A DNA stretch of 64,000 nucleotides from Candidatus Obscuribacteraceae bacterium (GTDB taxonomy: Bacteria > Cyanobacteriota > Vampirovibrionia > Obscuribacterales > Obscuribacteraceae): positions 947,435 through 1,011,434 of the forward strand of contig JBGAHS010000002.1 in NCBI GenBank assembly GCA_044226015.1, read 5' to 3'. Position numbers and translations under genes: made by a program. Shown one piece after another: positions 39,786 to 50,061 of this stretch (positions are counted from its first letter, which is position 1; each line of letters opens with the position of its first letter). The notes below the pieces were generated by a model. It saw only the letters and a program-made list of their open reading frames with translations, was not told the origin of the DNA and did not search any database.

Positions 39786-41001
39786 CCTGCGAACCCTGTT
39801 TCAAATGTTCTTCATCCTGCGGAAAGACAATGAGTCCATTCGCTAGCGAAAGCCCGCCCAGCATGTGTGAATCTTGTCCCGTAGTTGGATGAGCATAGAG
39901 TTCGCCACCAGAACTCGAAACAACAGCACGAACCAGCTCAGTTCGTCCTTTTGCCTTACGCAAGTCACGACTTAGAATTGCTCTGAGATGCGAAACGGTC
40001 TGTCCGTACAACGCATTTTCCAGCCCCATGAGTTTGAAAATCGCTGGCTTCACGAATTGATTGAAGCAGACCATGGCTGAAACAGGGTTGCCTGGAAGTC
40101 CAAACACATACTGAACTTTGTTTTTGCGACGATGCTTTGCAGTGCCGAAAAAGACTGGTTTGCCTGGCTTTACAGCTACTTTATAGAAGATCGTTTGCAC
40201 GCCTAACTCATCATAAACTTGCTTCACGTAATCATGATCGCCCACGGACAATCCGCCCACAGTGATAATCAAGTCGGCGAAATCGAGCCCTAAGCCAACA
40301 ACTTTTCTCGTTTCACTCAAATCTTCACGACAACTCAAGGGCAAGTAATCATCAAGCCCCAACGCATCGCATGCAGCTTTAAGGGTGAAACTGTTTGAGT
40401 CATATATTTTACCAGGCGATAATGGCTTGCCCGGCTTTACGATTTCATTCCCCGTTGAGATAATCGCCACGGTCGGCTTTTTGTGCACCATAAATGATGC
40501 TTGTCCAAGAGAGGCAAGAAGCCCTATAACAGCCGGAGTAACGCGAACGCCTTCTGGCAGTATTTCTTGCCCGCGCAAGAATTCTTCTCCTCGACGGCGA
40601 ATGTTCTCACCCGACTTAGGTTCTTTGAGTATGCGAACGCGTCCACTTTCCTCAATGCAGTTCTCACGCATTACAACTGCGTCTACGCCGACTGGCACCA
40701 TTCCGCCAGTAAAAATTCGAACCGCACTCGATGAGGGCAAGCTCTCCGGCACTTCATCTCCTGCTCGAATTTCTGTCGCAACAGGAAGAACCGAGGGCGA
40801 TGCTTCGTTTGCTCCCCTGACATCAGACAGACAAACACCATACCCATCAACGGCTGAGTTATCAAAAAGCGGTAAGTCGTGCGTCGCTAAAACAGACTCG
40901 CCAAGCACGGCTCCAAGAAGTTTCTCCAGGCGCACTCTGACCTTCGGAAGTGCATTCACGTTCGAAAGCACAAGAGAACGCGCTTCATCGTATGAAATCA
41001 T
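39754..41001 (-). CDS. moeA: Molybdopterin molybdotransferase
   Basis: FDNSAVDGY, IFTGGMVP, STGNE, DSN, VKPGKP, GLPGNPVS. Confidence 0.96.
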   Translation of the reverse strand: MISYDEARSLVLSNVNALPKVRVRLEKLLGAVLGESVLATHDLPLFDNSAVDGYGVCLSDVRGANEASPSVLPVATEIRAGDEVPESLPSSSAVRIFTGGMVPVGVDAVVMRENCIEESGRVRILKEPKSGENIRRRGEEFLRGQEILPEGVRVTPAVIGLLASLGQASFMVHKKPTVAIISTGNEIVKPGKPLSPGKIYDSNSFTLKAACDALGLDDYLPLSCREDLSETRKVVGLGLDFADLIITVGGLSVGDHDYVKQVYDELGVQTIFYKVAVKPGKPVFFGTAKHRRKNKVQYVFGLPGNPVSAMVCFNQFVKPAIFKLMGLENALYGQTVSHLRAILSRDLRKAKGRTELVRAVVSSSGGELYAHPTTGQDSHMLGGLSLANGLIVFPQDEEHLKQGSQVNVELLNWYN

Positions 41002-41006
41002 TTAGC

Positions 41007-42002
41007 TCAACCACCTATTTCTACCATTGCACGATTTGACATCTCAGCAAGCTCTTCCATTGGGGGATGAGCCTCAGGCTTATTCGCCAGTGCATAGAGT
41101 ATCATCTCTCGGATTTCTAAATCACTAGCTCCAGAGCGTAATTTTTCCTTGAAGCTGATTTCGGCATCGTAAAACAAGCAAGATTTGATAGAACCATCAG
41201 CAGTCATGCGCAATCTATTGCATGTGGAGCAAAAGCTATCTGTCATCGAGCTTATGAAACTGACTTTGCCTCTAAAACCAGCGATCTGGAAGTCTTTGGC
41301 AACATCTGACGGAAGTCCTTTAAGAGGTTCCAACTGATAACGGGTTTGAATCACTTCTTTCATTTCGCCAAATGAATAGACATTTGCAGCATCCCAATGG
41401 TTATCTTTGAAAGGCATATATTCAATAAATCGAACGTTGAAATCGCGATCTCTCACGTAATCAACGAAATCTAGTACTTCATCATGATTGCGTCCCTTCA
41501 TCACCACCACATTCAACTTTATCGGGCTCAGCCCCACTGATTCAGCAGCATCTATTCCGGCGATGACCTTATCGAAATCGTCGCGTAAAGCTATTTCTTT
41601 GAAGCGGTCTGAACGCAAGGAATCAATACTAATATTGATGGACTGCAAGCCTGCGTTTTTCAAAGCAGCAGCTTTTTGTGCGAGCAGAACTGCATTGCTG
41701 GTCATTGAAAGATGCTTCAAACCGGGCAAAGTAGCAAGTCCTGCAATTAGAGCTTCGAGATCATGCCTGACCAACGGCTCACCACCGGTAATGCGAATTT
41801 TATCGATGCCCATTTCCACAAACACGCGAGCAACTCGAACAATCTCTTCAAAGCTAAGCAACTCATTTTTCTTTTTCAGCGGAATACCTTCTGGCGGCAT
41901 GCAGTAAACACAACGCAGATTGCACCTGTCTGTAACTGATATTCGCAGATAGCTATGCTTTCTTCCGAACTTGTCTATCAAGAGATTCTCTGCACTGCTC
42001 AT
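41007..42002 (-). CDS. moaA: GTP 3',8-cyclase
   Basis: LRISVTDRCNLRCVYCMP, TGGEP, FCSTCNRLR, C-terminal IGG. Confidence 0.97.
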   Translation of the reverse strand: MSSAENLLIDKFGRKHSYLRISVTDRCNLRCVYCMPPEGIPLKKKNELLSFEEIVRVARVFVEMGIDKIRITGGEPLVRHDLEALIAGLATLPGLKHLSMTSNAVLLAQKAAALKNAGLQSINISIDSLRSDRFKEIALRDDFDKVIAGIDAAESVGLSPIKLNVVVMKGRNHDEVLDFVDYVRDRDFNVRFIEYMPFKDNHWDAANVYSFGEMKEVIQTRYQLEPLKGLPSDVAKDFQIAGFRGKVSFISSMTDSFCSTCNRLRMTADGSIKSCLFYDAEISFKEKLRSGASDLEIREMILYALANKPEAHPPMEELAEMSNRAMVEIGG

Positions 42003-42505
42003 GATTTAAAACCTGCACTGAGGTCATTTGAACAAGATTTTTTTCTGGATTCATCTAAATGTTCTGGGCTCGAGGAATGCGCATGGCTCGAGCATTGCAC
42101 GCAATTCACCCATTCTGCAGTTTCGTCCACATAGTATTCTTTCTTCCATATCGGAACACGTGCTTTTATTTCATCGATAATGAAGCGGCATGCATCAAAA
42201 CCCTCCGCCCTATGCCTTGAGAGAACACCAACCCAGACAGCGATATCACCGATTTCCAAAAGCCCGGTTCGGTGAATACAGCTAGCAGCAATTATCGGAA
42301 AGCGCTCTGCAGCCTCTTTCATAATGAGCGCAGCTTCCTTCTCAGCTAGTGCCGCGTAGGCTTCATACTCCAAACGCAGAACTGCCTTTCCTTCATTATG
42401 ATTGCGCACGCGCCCTTCAAAGCAAACAAAGGCGCCCGCTTCTTTGCTGCTCATTTTGCGACTTTCTTCTGCCGCATCTATAGTCTGTTCTGAAAGCTTG
42501 AACAT
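41999..42505 (-). CDS. moaE: Molybdopterin synthase catalytic subunit
   Basis: FEGRVRNHN, LEYEAY, HRTG.L.IG, KARVPIWKKE. Confidence 0.95.
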   Translation of the reverse strand: MFKLSEQTIDAAEESRKMSSKEAGAFVCFEGRVRNHNEGKAVLRLEYEAYAALAEKEAALIMKEAAERFPIIAASCIHRTGLLEIGDIAVWVGVLSRHRAEGFDACRFIIDEIKARVPIWKKEYYVDETAEWVNCVQCSSHAHSSSPEHLDESRKKSCSNDLSAGFKS

Positions 42506-42751
42506 TCACCCCCCAGCGACTGGTGGTATGAACACTATTTCATCGCCACTTTTGAGTACGGCTTCCCACGGGCAAAATTCGCTATTTCTCGCAACTCTTA
42601 AAGTGTTGATGGATAAAGCAAAGCCATACTTTTCCTTGAGTTCCTCATAGAAATCAGCGAGTGTATTGGCTTCAGTTGCACACTCCTCGCTGGAAACGCC
42701 TCGTTTCTCGCGAAAGAGCGCAAAATAGCTAACTTTTACAGTTTTGCTCAT
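42506..42751 (-). CDS. moaD: Molybdopterin synthase sulfur carrier subunit
   Basis: YFALFRE, C-terminal FIPPVAGG. Confidence 0.95.
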   Translation of the reverse strand: MSKTVKVSYFALFREKRGVSSEECATEANTLADFYEELKEKYGFALSINTLRVARNSEFCPWEAVLKSGDEIVFIPPVAGG

Positions 42752-42921
42752 AACAGCACCTCTTGTACAAGTTTAATACGTAGCAGGCCTTTACACCCAC
42801 TTGTCAACGCAATGTTCACATTTGCGCTTATCCGCACAAATGAGCTTTTACTCTCGAATTCCACAATATTTTTACCTGCGATTTCTAAGCTTAGTGTCAT
42901 AGCCCAAACGAGGACAAAACA

Positions 42922-43065
42922 ATGGAACTAGCAAACCCCGAAGCGAACAAGCCGACGCATACTCGGCTGATCCTGGTTCTACTAGCATTTTTATTTTCGC
43001 TATCGGGAGGAGACTATGTAAAAATACTAAGAGAGCTGCTTCATTGTCGAAGTAAATCTAAATGA
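42922..43065 (+). CDS. Putative 47-aa membrane peptide (below the ORF-track cutoff)
   Basis: GAGGA RBS 7 nt before ATG; MELANPEANKPTHTRLILVLLAFLFSLSGGDYVKILRELLHCRSKSK. Confidence 0.45.
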   Translation: MELANPEANKPTHTRLILVLLAFLFSLSGGDYVKILRELLHCRSKSK

Positions 43066-43097
43066 GCCCTCGTCTTTGACTTGCTAGAGAATTCATC

Positions 43098-43397
43098 ATG
43101 CAGAATAAAACAGATACACGCGGAGAACTCATTACGTGGTATCTCGCTAAATTGAGAAAAAATGCTCAGCAAAGTACCCGAGAGCGTAAGTTGACGCCGA
43201 TGACTCTGGTGGAAACAGACAGACATTTGATTCAAGAGCTGGTCATGAGTTCGCAACTCGATATTGAACAAAAGACAGCCAATGTGCTTGAAACTATTCA
43301 AAAGCAAAACAAGGGAATCAGAGACAGCCTCTCAGCACTTATTGTCTTGACGGCAATTGTTGCAGCGGGGCTCTTCCTACTTGCATTCCTCAATTGA
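43098..43397 (+). CDS. Hypothetical protein with C-terminal TM anchor
   Basis: 99 aa, helical body, terminal hydrophobic stretch. Confidence 0.65.
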   Translation: MQNKTDTRGELITWYLAKLRKNAQQSTRERKLTPMTLVETDRHLIQELVMSSQLDIEQKTANVLETIQKQNKGIRDSLSALIVLTAIVAAGLFLLAFLN

Positions 43398-43409
43398 GAA
43401 TCAAGAACT

Positions 43410-44111
43410 CTATTCGCCCGCGACGGTATCTGGGGCATCAGAAACCGAAATAACATAACCTTCGTTTTTATTTGTCGCAATCCCAACTACCGTGCCGGAA
43501 GCCGCGAGCTTCTTTCTCAAATTCTTCACATGGACTTTTACCAGTTGCTTCGAGACCTGAGGCTTGTCTGACCAGAGGCGAGATAGCATAGACTCTGTAG
43601 AAAACACTGTGTCAGGATTACGTGCAAACAGTTTGAAAATTTCAAACTCAATAGGAGAAAGCTGTAGCTTGTCTGTGCCCTTCAAAACCTCGTGAGAATC
43701 TAACTTTATCTCAAGGTCACCTATGAGAAAACAGCGCTCTTCATTCTTACCATGACGACGCAAAAGAGCCCTGATGCGAGCAGACAGCTCCTCAAGCGAA
43801 CAGGGCTTCACGAGGTAATCGTACGCACCCACATCGAGTCCATGAACACGATCATCAAGAGAGCCACGCGAGGTCAGCATCAAAATTGGAACCTGACTAC
43901 CTTCATTGCGCACTGTCTCGCAAATTTTGGACCCTTCCATTCCCGGCAACTGCCAATCAAGAATGGCAAGGTCATAAGCATAGTGGCGCAGCATCTCGAG
44001 CCCTTCCAGGCCGTTTGCAACAGTGTCTACTACATGCTTTTCCTTTTCGAGCCAGGCTTTCAAATTGGACGAAACAGATAGGTCGTCTTCAACAAGAAGA
44101 ATTTTTGCCAT
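43410..44111 (-). CDS. OmpR-family response regulator
   Basis: ILLVEDD, ILDWQLP, GAYDYLVKP, winged helix. Confidence 0.94.
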   Translation of the reverse strand: MAKILLVEDDLSVSSNLKAWLEKEKHVVDTVANGLEGLEMLRHYAYDLAILDWQLPGMEGSKICETVRNEGSQVPILMLTSRGSLDDRVHGLDVGAYDYLVKPCSLEELSARIRALLRRHGKNEERCFLIGDLEIKLDSHEVLKGTDKLQLSPIEFEIFKLFARNPDTVFSTESMLSRLWSDKPQVSKQLVKVHVKNLRKKLAASGTVVGIATNKNEGYVISVSDAPDTVAGE

Positions 44112-44250
44112 TGGAATCCATCACGAAATGCGATTGCATAATCATATCGAAAGATCACCGTTTAATCCATGTTCACCTTGCCAAGACCGGCTGCTCTATT
44201 TGTCCCGCAAAGCTTTGATGCTACGATAGTTCAGCGAACGAACCACTCAG

Positions 44251-45624
44251 ATGAAGCTAGAGAACCCAATCAAATTATTACTAGTACTGGTGTCAGCAAA
44301 TGCGCTGTTTTTTGCCGCAATTGCTTTTTTGATCAAAAGCAGTTCAAGCTCCGCTGATGAGAAAATGCACTTGATCTTGCTCTGCGCAGTCGGCTTCACC
44401 CTTGCTTCTGTCGCGGCAATATTTGCTGGCAAACGACTTTTGAAGAATTTCGTTGAACCTCTCGAAGAGTCTGCTAGCAGAATGAATGCCGTCCTAGACA
44501 CTGACTCAAAGAGTTCTAGCCTGAAGGATCTATGCAACGCTCTCATTACGAGATTGGAAACCGCTACACAAAGAGAGCGCTTAATTGCAGACTACTCTTC
44601 TGACTTGCTTTTCTGTTTGGATGGAGAACGCAAGATTCTGGATCTAAATGCACAGGCGGAGTCTGTTCTTGAATATCCGCCCATCACCTTGCTGGCAACT
44701 CCGATTGATGTGGTGGTTTTTAAGGAAGATATCAACGATCAACTTCTCTATTTTGAAGCGTGCAAGATTCAAGAGCAGCAAAAGTTTCTCGAAACCAGAG
44801 TGATGTCTCGCACTGGCAAGGTGCTGGATCTTGAATGGCAAGTAGAATGGTCGCAAAAACTATCGCAGTATTATTGCCTGGCTCGAAACATAACTGAGCG
44901 CAAAGAAGCACAACGTTTGAAAGCTGAGATTACTGCAATGGTAGGACATGACTTGCGGGCTCCAGCATCTTCACTTTCCTTTCTACTGCAGAATTTGAAG
45001 GCTGGAACTTTTGGTAATTTACCAGCCGAAGCAGTAGAAAAAGTAAATCGCGCCAGCGACAATGTCGAAACTATGCTAAAGCTCATCAATCAGCTGCTTG
45101 ATGCGGAAAAGCTCGATGGTGGACAGATGGAAGTTGAGCTAAAGATAATTCCACTGAGCGAACTCTACGAGACCTGTACGGATCTCTTAAGTGATTTGGC
45201 CAGCAGAAAATCCATCACCATCACATTCCCAGAAGAAAGCAGCAGTATGGTCATGGCAGATTTTGACCGTTGCGTGCAGATTCTCTGCAATCTCCTCTCG
45301 AATGCAATTAAGTGGTCACCGGAAAATTCGCGTGTGGAAATTAGTGAAGCACAAGAAGGAAAAAGCATTTGCATTAAGGTCAAAGACTGCGGACCAGGCA
45401 TAGAGAAAGAGCGTCAGGAATCAATTTTTCATCGTTTCAAATCCGTTGATACCAGAGCAGATAAATCACTTGCAAGTACAGGGCTCGGCTTGTACATCGC
45501 AAAAAAACTCATCGAATTGCAAAATGGCAACATTTCAGTTGAAAGCGAACCAGGGCACGGAAGCACTTTTACAATCTGCCTTAAACGGGTTCGCGAGGTC
45601 GATCTGCCCGGTTATTTGGATTAA
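44251..45624 (+). CDS. PAS domain sensor histidine kinase
   Basis: Two TMs, PAS ending RNITERK, H-box GHDLRAP, NLLSNAIKW, DCGPGI, TGLGL. Confidence 0.93.
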   Translation: MKLENPIKLLLVLVSANALFFAAIAFLIKSSSSSADEKMHLILLCAVGFTLASVAAIFAGKRLLKNFVEPLEESASRMNAVLDTDSKSSSLKDLCNALITRLETATQRERLIADYSSDLLFCLDGERKILDLNAQAESVLEYPPITLLATPIDVVVFKEDINDQLLYFEACKIQEQQKFLETRVMSRTGKVLDLEWQVEWSQKLSQYYCLARNITERKEAQRLKAEITAMVGHDLRAPASSLSFLLQNLKAGTFGNLPAEAVEKVNRASDNVETMLKLINQLLDAEKLDGGQMEVELKIIPLSELYETCTDLLSDLASRKSITITFPEESSSMVMADFDRCVQILCNLLSNAIKWSPENSRVEISEAQEGKSICIKVKDCGPGIEKERQESIFHRFKSVDTRADKSLASTGLGLYIAKKLIELQNGNISVESEPGHGSTFTICLKRVREVDLPGYLD

Positions 45625-45735
45625 AGAATTTAGCGAGAGGCTGACACACGGAATTCGCCAATTCTCAAAGTTAATACAAAAAGCAGAAAGAGATGCTCAT
45701 ATGAGCATCCCTCACTACTACCGTCCAACAAATTA

Positions 45736-46920
45736 CTAGCGTCGGAAATTGCCACCAACGGCGATATTCCAATCGTCATCCCATCCGCCATAGGTGCGAA
45801 TTGGAATGTTGCCGTTTCGAGTGACAATCTGAACATTGTCCCATGTGCCTCGAGCGGGATCCCACGCGCCAAGATACAGATCGGCGCCAAATCCTTTGCG
45901 GTCAAAATTATTGACACGGCTCAGTAGCTGATCTTGAGCATACATGTCACCGCGCAGATTGTAGAGGTCTTCGCTGAGTTCCGCAGCAGCACCAACAGCA
46001 TTTCCTGTGTCAAGCTGGAATGCGATGTTACTCGCTTCGCGCCCTATATTGTCATTCCACCGTGGATAGTTTGGACTCTGCCTCCAGAACCAGTCGTCCC
46101 AGCCATGGTGCCAGCGATTCTGATCATGCCAGCCCCAGTGATGTCCAGGTTCTGGACCCCAACGATGCCCGCCCGGAAAACCATGATCTGGTGGATGAGG
46201 TCTTGGATGCGGATGTGGTTCTGGCCTCGGAGGATGTGGTTCCGGCCTCGGAGGATGCGGTTCTGGCCTCGGAGGATGCGGCTGCGGCCTCGGAGGATGT
46301 GGCTCCGGTCTCGGAGGATGTGGTTCTGGTCTCGGAGGATGCGGTTGCGGCCTCGGAGGATGTGGTTCCGGTCTCGGAGGATGCGGTTCTGGCCTCGGAG
46401 GATGCGGTTGCGGCCTCGGAGGATGTGGTTCCGGTCTCGGAGGATGTGGTTCCGGTCTCGGAGGATGTGGTTCCGGTCTCGGAGGATGCGGTTCTGGCCT
46501 CGGAGGATGTGGTTGCGGCCTCGGAGGATGCGGTTCCGGTCTCGGAGGATGCGGTTCTGGTCTCGGAGGATGCGGTTGCGGCCTCGGAGGATGTGGTTCC
46601 GGTCTCGGAGGATGCGGCTGAGGCCTCGGCACATCATGCCCGCCACCTGGACGTGGGAATCCGCCACCACCACCACCTGGGTGCGGTCTGGGCACATCGT
46701 GCCCGCCACCAGGACGCGGAAATCCGCCACCACCACCACCTGGGTGCGGTCTTGGCACATCATGCCCACCGCCTGGTCTCCCACCACCACCGCCTGGTCG
46801 TCCGCCACCACCACCGCCACCACGTAATTCAAACGCGATTTCTTCGTTCAATGCCGAGTTTCTATTTTCCTGCACCTTTCCCGGCGTATCTTTTGCAGGT
46901 TGAAAATTCTCAATTGCCAT
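45736..46920 (-). CDS. Pro/His/Gly-rich tandem repeat protein with globular C-terminal domain
   Basis: Only frame with plausible unique flanks; GGGHDVPRP repeats, 20 x PRP(E/Q)PHP, Trp/His-rich linker, about 95-aa C-domain. Confidence 0.8.
   Translation of the reverse strand: MAIENFQPAKDTPGKVQENRNSALNEEIAFELRGGGGGGGRPGGGGGRPGGGHDVPRPHPGGGGGGFPRPGGGHDVPRPHPGGGGGGFPRPGGGHDVPRPQPHPPRPEPHPPRPQPHPPRPEPHPPRPEPHPPRPQPHPPRPEPHPPRPEPHPPRPEPHPPRPEPHPPRPQPHPPRPEPHPPRPEPHPPRPQPHPPRPEPHPPRPEPHPPRPQPHPPRPEPHPPRPEPHPPRPEPHPHPRPHPPDHGFPGGHRWGPEPGHHWGWHDQNRWHHGWDDWFWRQSPNYPRWNDNIGREASNIAFQLDTGNAVGAAAELSEDLYNLRGDMYAQDQLLSRVNNFDRKGFGADLYLGAWDPARGTWDNVQIVTRNGNIPIRTYGGWDDDWNIAVGGNFRR
46210..46629 (-). repeat. 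Intragenic 21-bp tandem repeat, 20 copies ([14 protein letters not shown])
   Basis: Plus-strand unit near ggatg(t/c)ggtt(c/g)(c/t)gg(t/c)ctcgga, contiguous with no spacers. Confidence 0.95.
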
Positions 46921-47320
46921 ATTCTGTTCTCACCCAATGTCTTAGCAGTTTCTAAGCGCCAAACCATCACACAGTAATTGCTCCCCACCTCAGTAAACAA
47001 TTCACCAAACACAGTTACAATGCGGTTTTTACGCTTAGCCAAGCTTAAGGTAGGAAGATCAAAAAGAATATTGAGTGTTTATCAAGCTTTGAAGCAAGCT
47101 TGTAATTAATCTCATTCTTTTGTTGTCCAAAAACAGGAGGAACCGTATATCGGCAGATATTGCGCCTGTCGGCTATTTCAACTTTGCCGCAAGTGCTTGT
47201 CATAGAGCGAATGCCACCACTATTAGTTGCACGTAATATTGAATACGCACCTGATTCTCGATCCCTTTAACAAACGGCACATCGTGAACATCGGTCAGAA
47301 TCGCGCTTCGGCAAGCATAA

Positions 47321-48445
47321 CTATGCCGACCATATGCTCTTCTTGTTCCTTACTTTCCAAATAAAACCATCTAATACGTAGTGCGTTGATTGGGGCAATG
47401 CCAAAAACGGAATTAGTAAAGCCATGATGCTTTTGTCAGCAATGGCTGGCAGCACGACAAAAGGTGCAAACACATTAAGGTGTTCTCTCCAAATAAAACC
47501 ATCCCAGAGACCCTCTTCCAAATAAGCACAAACAAATAACAGAAGGATGAATGCAGGCAGATACCTTGCACAAACAGAAGCCAACATCTCTAGTAAGGGA
47601 GAGGCTTCACGCACTTCAGATTGCGAACTCGTCGGCTTATGCATGTACATCCAGATAAGTGCCATGTAAGGAACACCATGACTAATCACATTCACAAGTG
47701 TAAAAGACAAATCCGAATTGATTGCGATAATCGCCACCCACCAACTGAAGGCTGTTCCAAGAATGGTTAGAAGCTTGGGCCAATTTATGATCTTCAATCG
47801 TGAAAATAGAAAGCACTCCTTAAGCAAAAAAAGCACAGCACTTATTGCATAAAGAAGAAAACCTACATCAGCAAGAAATGCAGGTGTCGACTCGACGAAA
47901 TCGCCCTCAACAAACCAATTGAAGTTACGTGGCATATGAGTATGCCAAAACACTAGCGGAAATAAAACTGCAGCGTACAAACAAAACTGATCGAGAATCT
48001 GAAACCTTCTAGCTAGCGGCGAGTCAGTCCTTGAGTACAGCGCCAGAAAACCGTACTGTTGGCGCATAAAGTGAAACACCGCTAAGTATGCCAGACAACG
48101 CCAGAAGAAAAGTGCATCCACTGAGTAGAGCATCGCTCCAACAGCCCAACACACTATCGGTATACCAATTAGCAAGGATTTGTGCTGCTGCCAGGCGTTT
48201 TGGTTCAAATAGGTGCGGAACAATGTTGCGTAGACATGGGCCACATCGACAAAAAGAACGAAGCTAACCCATGCCCATAGAGGTAACGCTTGAAACTGCT
48301 CGATCTGTGGCTTCAGTACAAGAGCAAGACCAGCACTAATAAATGCTGGTCCAATTATCCACAACCCATCATAGGCAGCAGACTTCAACCACGGCTGCCG
48401 AAATTCAACACCTTCGCCTGCGGAATCTATTAGAGTTTGCATCAT
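47321..48445 (-). CDS. Polytopic membrane protein with conserved-looking His motifs
   Basis: About 9 TMs; DVAHVYAT, HFMRQQYGF, HGVPY, THYVLDGFIWK; ATGA coupling to the upstream oxidoreductase. Confidence 0.8.
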   Translation of the reverse strand: MMQTLIDSAGEGVEFRQPWLKSAAYDGLWIIGPAFISAGLALVLKPQIEQFQALPLWAWVSFVLFVDVAHVYATLFRTYLNQNAWQQHKSLLIGIPIVCWAVGAMLYSVDALFFWRCLAYLAVFHFMRQQYGFLALYSRTDSPLARRFQILDQFCLYAAVLFPLVFWHTHMPRNFNWFVEGDFVESTPAFLADVGFLLYAISAVLFLLKECFLFSRLKIINWPKLLTILGTAFSWWVAIIAINSDLSFTLVNVISHGVPYMALIWMYMHKPTSSQSEVREASPLLEMLASVCARYLPAFILLLFVCAYLEEGLWDGFIWREHLNVFAPFVVLPAIADKSIMALLIPFLALPQSTHYVLDGFIWKVRNKKSIWSA

Positions 48446-50061
48446 ACCTTTAACTCTGTAAGTACCCGCCGCGCACACTCGACTCCCTGATACTGAGCCT
48501 CTTCGAAGTTGGAAATTCCACTCATGTCAGAATGTGCAAAATGAATTCGTCCCATTCTCTGACTCATAGAGCGTCTAGATTCGCCCCAAATATGGCCAGG
48601 GCGAGGAGAAACCATTCCATGCCCCCACCGCCACATATCGATTGAAAGAATATTGCTACTGATTCCTGGATGCATTTTTTCCAAATCGTCGAGAATGACC
48701 TTCTTCCAATCTGTCATGCTCGCCTTCAGTAACTTCATGCGAGAAATATCGGTTGGGTCGGAGGATAAAGGATAGTAATAGGTAAGAACTGTTGGTCCTT
48801 GCCTGGTACTGATGTTCTGATGTGTCGCAACAACATATCCGAGTGAGGGACTGTAATAGCTGACATTGTCCCATGCAAGGTCTTCGCCGCGCGCTGCGGG
48901 CACTTTGGATACTGTAAGGTTCGCCACCATCCACGGTGCATAAGCAGGAAGAGAAGAACTGTCAACTTTTGCATCATCTAAAACATGCTTAGCAACAAAT
49001 CTGGGTGCAGCAAAAATTAGCTGCTCTGCAGCATAGCCATCAGAGCCATTGTCCTTATTCAGGACTGATAATAGAACACGCCCCTCTCTTTCTTTGGCCT
49101 TATAAACTATTGCAGCAGGAACAATGTGCTCACTCAACTTTTCTCGCAACTTGGACACGAGATAGCCATTTCCCTCGGGCCAGGTGACAACCGCGTTGTT
49201 CTCAGCATTGGCAGCGCGACCTCGTCTTCCAGCAAAGTAATGCAGGCCTGCCCAGGCTGAAACATCGGCAATACCTACTCCGTAATCATCTCTACAGCAA
49301 TAGTTCACGTACCATAGAAGCGCCTTAGAATCGAACCCCTTTGACTCAAGCCATTCTTTCATCGAAAGCTTATCGAGTTCCAAAAATTCTTTGTCCCGAG
49401 AGCTCAGATCAAGTGGAATTGCAAATGCTTTTTTTCCATCTGAACCTACTTTTTCACGCAGCTGAGCAAGCTCATCAAAGAACAGCGCCATTTGTTTAGT
49501 ATCCGACGGCTGCAATCCCTTTTTAGGGACTAATCCTTCTTGAAAGCTACCATCCTTCAACAAGCGCTCCTGCGGCTCGTGACACAAGAACAGCTCATCA
49601 TAAACTGGCAAATTTGTGTCCTTGTTTATATCGGTGATTACTCCAATTTCTTTGAAGAATTCCATTACATACTCAGACTCTTCGTTGGCTAAAGGCACAT
49701 AATGTGCAGCCCAGGGAAAAGAACTCACCGAGTTTTTTCCGGAACGCGAATTCCCTCCGACTTCATCTTCAAGTTCAAAAATTTTGAAATCACTGAAATT
49801 ATGCTTTTTCAGCCACCATCCAGCCGACAGCCCAGCAATGCCGGCCCCGACAATTGCGACTCTCAGAGGTTTTGACTCACGCGCAGGAAAGAGATCCGGC
49901 GCCCAGAGTTTATGTCCTCTCTCAAGCGAAGGACCTAACATACGGCAAGGGATGCGATCCTTACGTATATATTGTTCATAAAGAACCTTGCCCGCTACAC
50001 TGGCAGAACCCAAACCAATCAGCCCCTTGACGAAACTAGAGCGGCTAATGCGTTTCGACAT
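48442..50061 (-). CDS. FAD-dependent oxidoreductase (flavin amine oxidase-like)
   Basis: Rossmann IVGAGIAGLSAG, ELEDEVGGNS, RWGHGM, FAHSDMSG.S.FEEA; Tat-like N-terminus; GGAG RBS. Confidence 0.9.
   Translation of the reverse strand: MSKRISRSSFVKGLIGLGSASVAGKVLYEQYIRKDRIPCRMLGPSLERGHKLWAPDLFPARESKPLRVAIVGAGIAGLSAGWWLKKHNFSDFKIFELEDEVGGNSRSGKNSVSSFPWAAHYVPLANEESEYVMEFFKEIGVITDINKDTNLPVYDELFLCHEPQERLLKDGSFQEGLVPKKGLQPSDTKQMALFFDELAQLREKVGSDGKKAFAIPLDLSSRDKEFLELDKLSMKEWLESKGFDSKALLWYVNYCCRDDYGVGIADVSAWAGLHYFAGRRGRAANAENNAVVTWPEGNGYLVSKLREKLSEHIVPAAIVYKAKEREGRVLLSVLNKDNGSDGYAAEQLIFAAPRFVAKHVLDDAKVDSSSLPAYAPWMVANLTVSKVPAARGEDLAWDNVSYYSPSLGYVVATHQNISTRQGPTVLTYYYPLSSDPTDISRMKLLKASMTDWKKVILDDLEKMHPGISSNILSIDMWRWGHGMVSPRPGHIWGESRRSMSQRMGRIHFAHSDMSGISNFEEAQYQGVECARRVLTELKV

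Noticed and set aside
42752..42920. Moco riboswitch upstream of moaD
   Set aside because: No recognisable conserved stems by eye; an Rfam scan would be needed
46210..46629. Possible CRISPR array
   Set aside because: Contiguous 21-bp units with no unique spacers, in frame within a CDS, and no cas genes in the window
45934..46955. Long alternative-frame ORFs (297, 311 and 262 aa) across the repeat
   Set aside because: A stop-free 21-bp unit opens several frames; the flanks of these ORFs look non-coding
46921..47320. Small gene or sRNA in the 400-bp gap (AGGAGG at about 47136, weak hairpins)
   Set aside because: No start codon at a suitable distance from the RBS-like sequence, and the hairpins are weak
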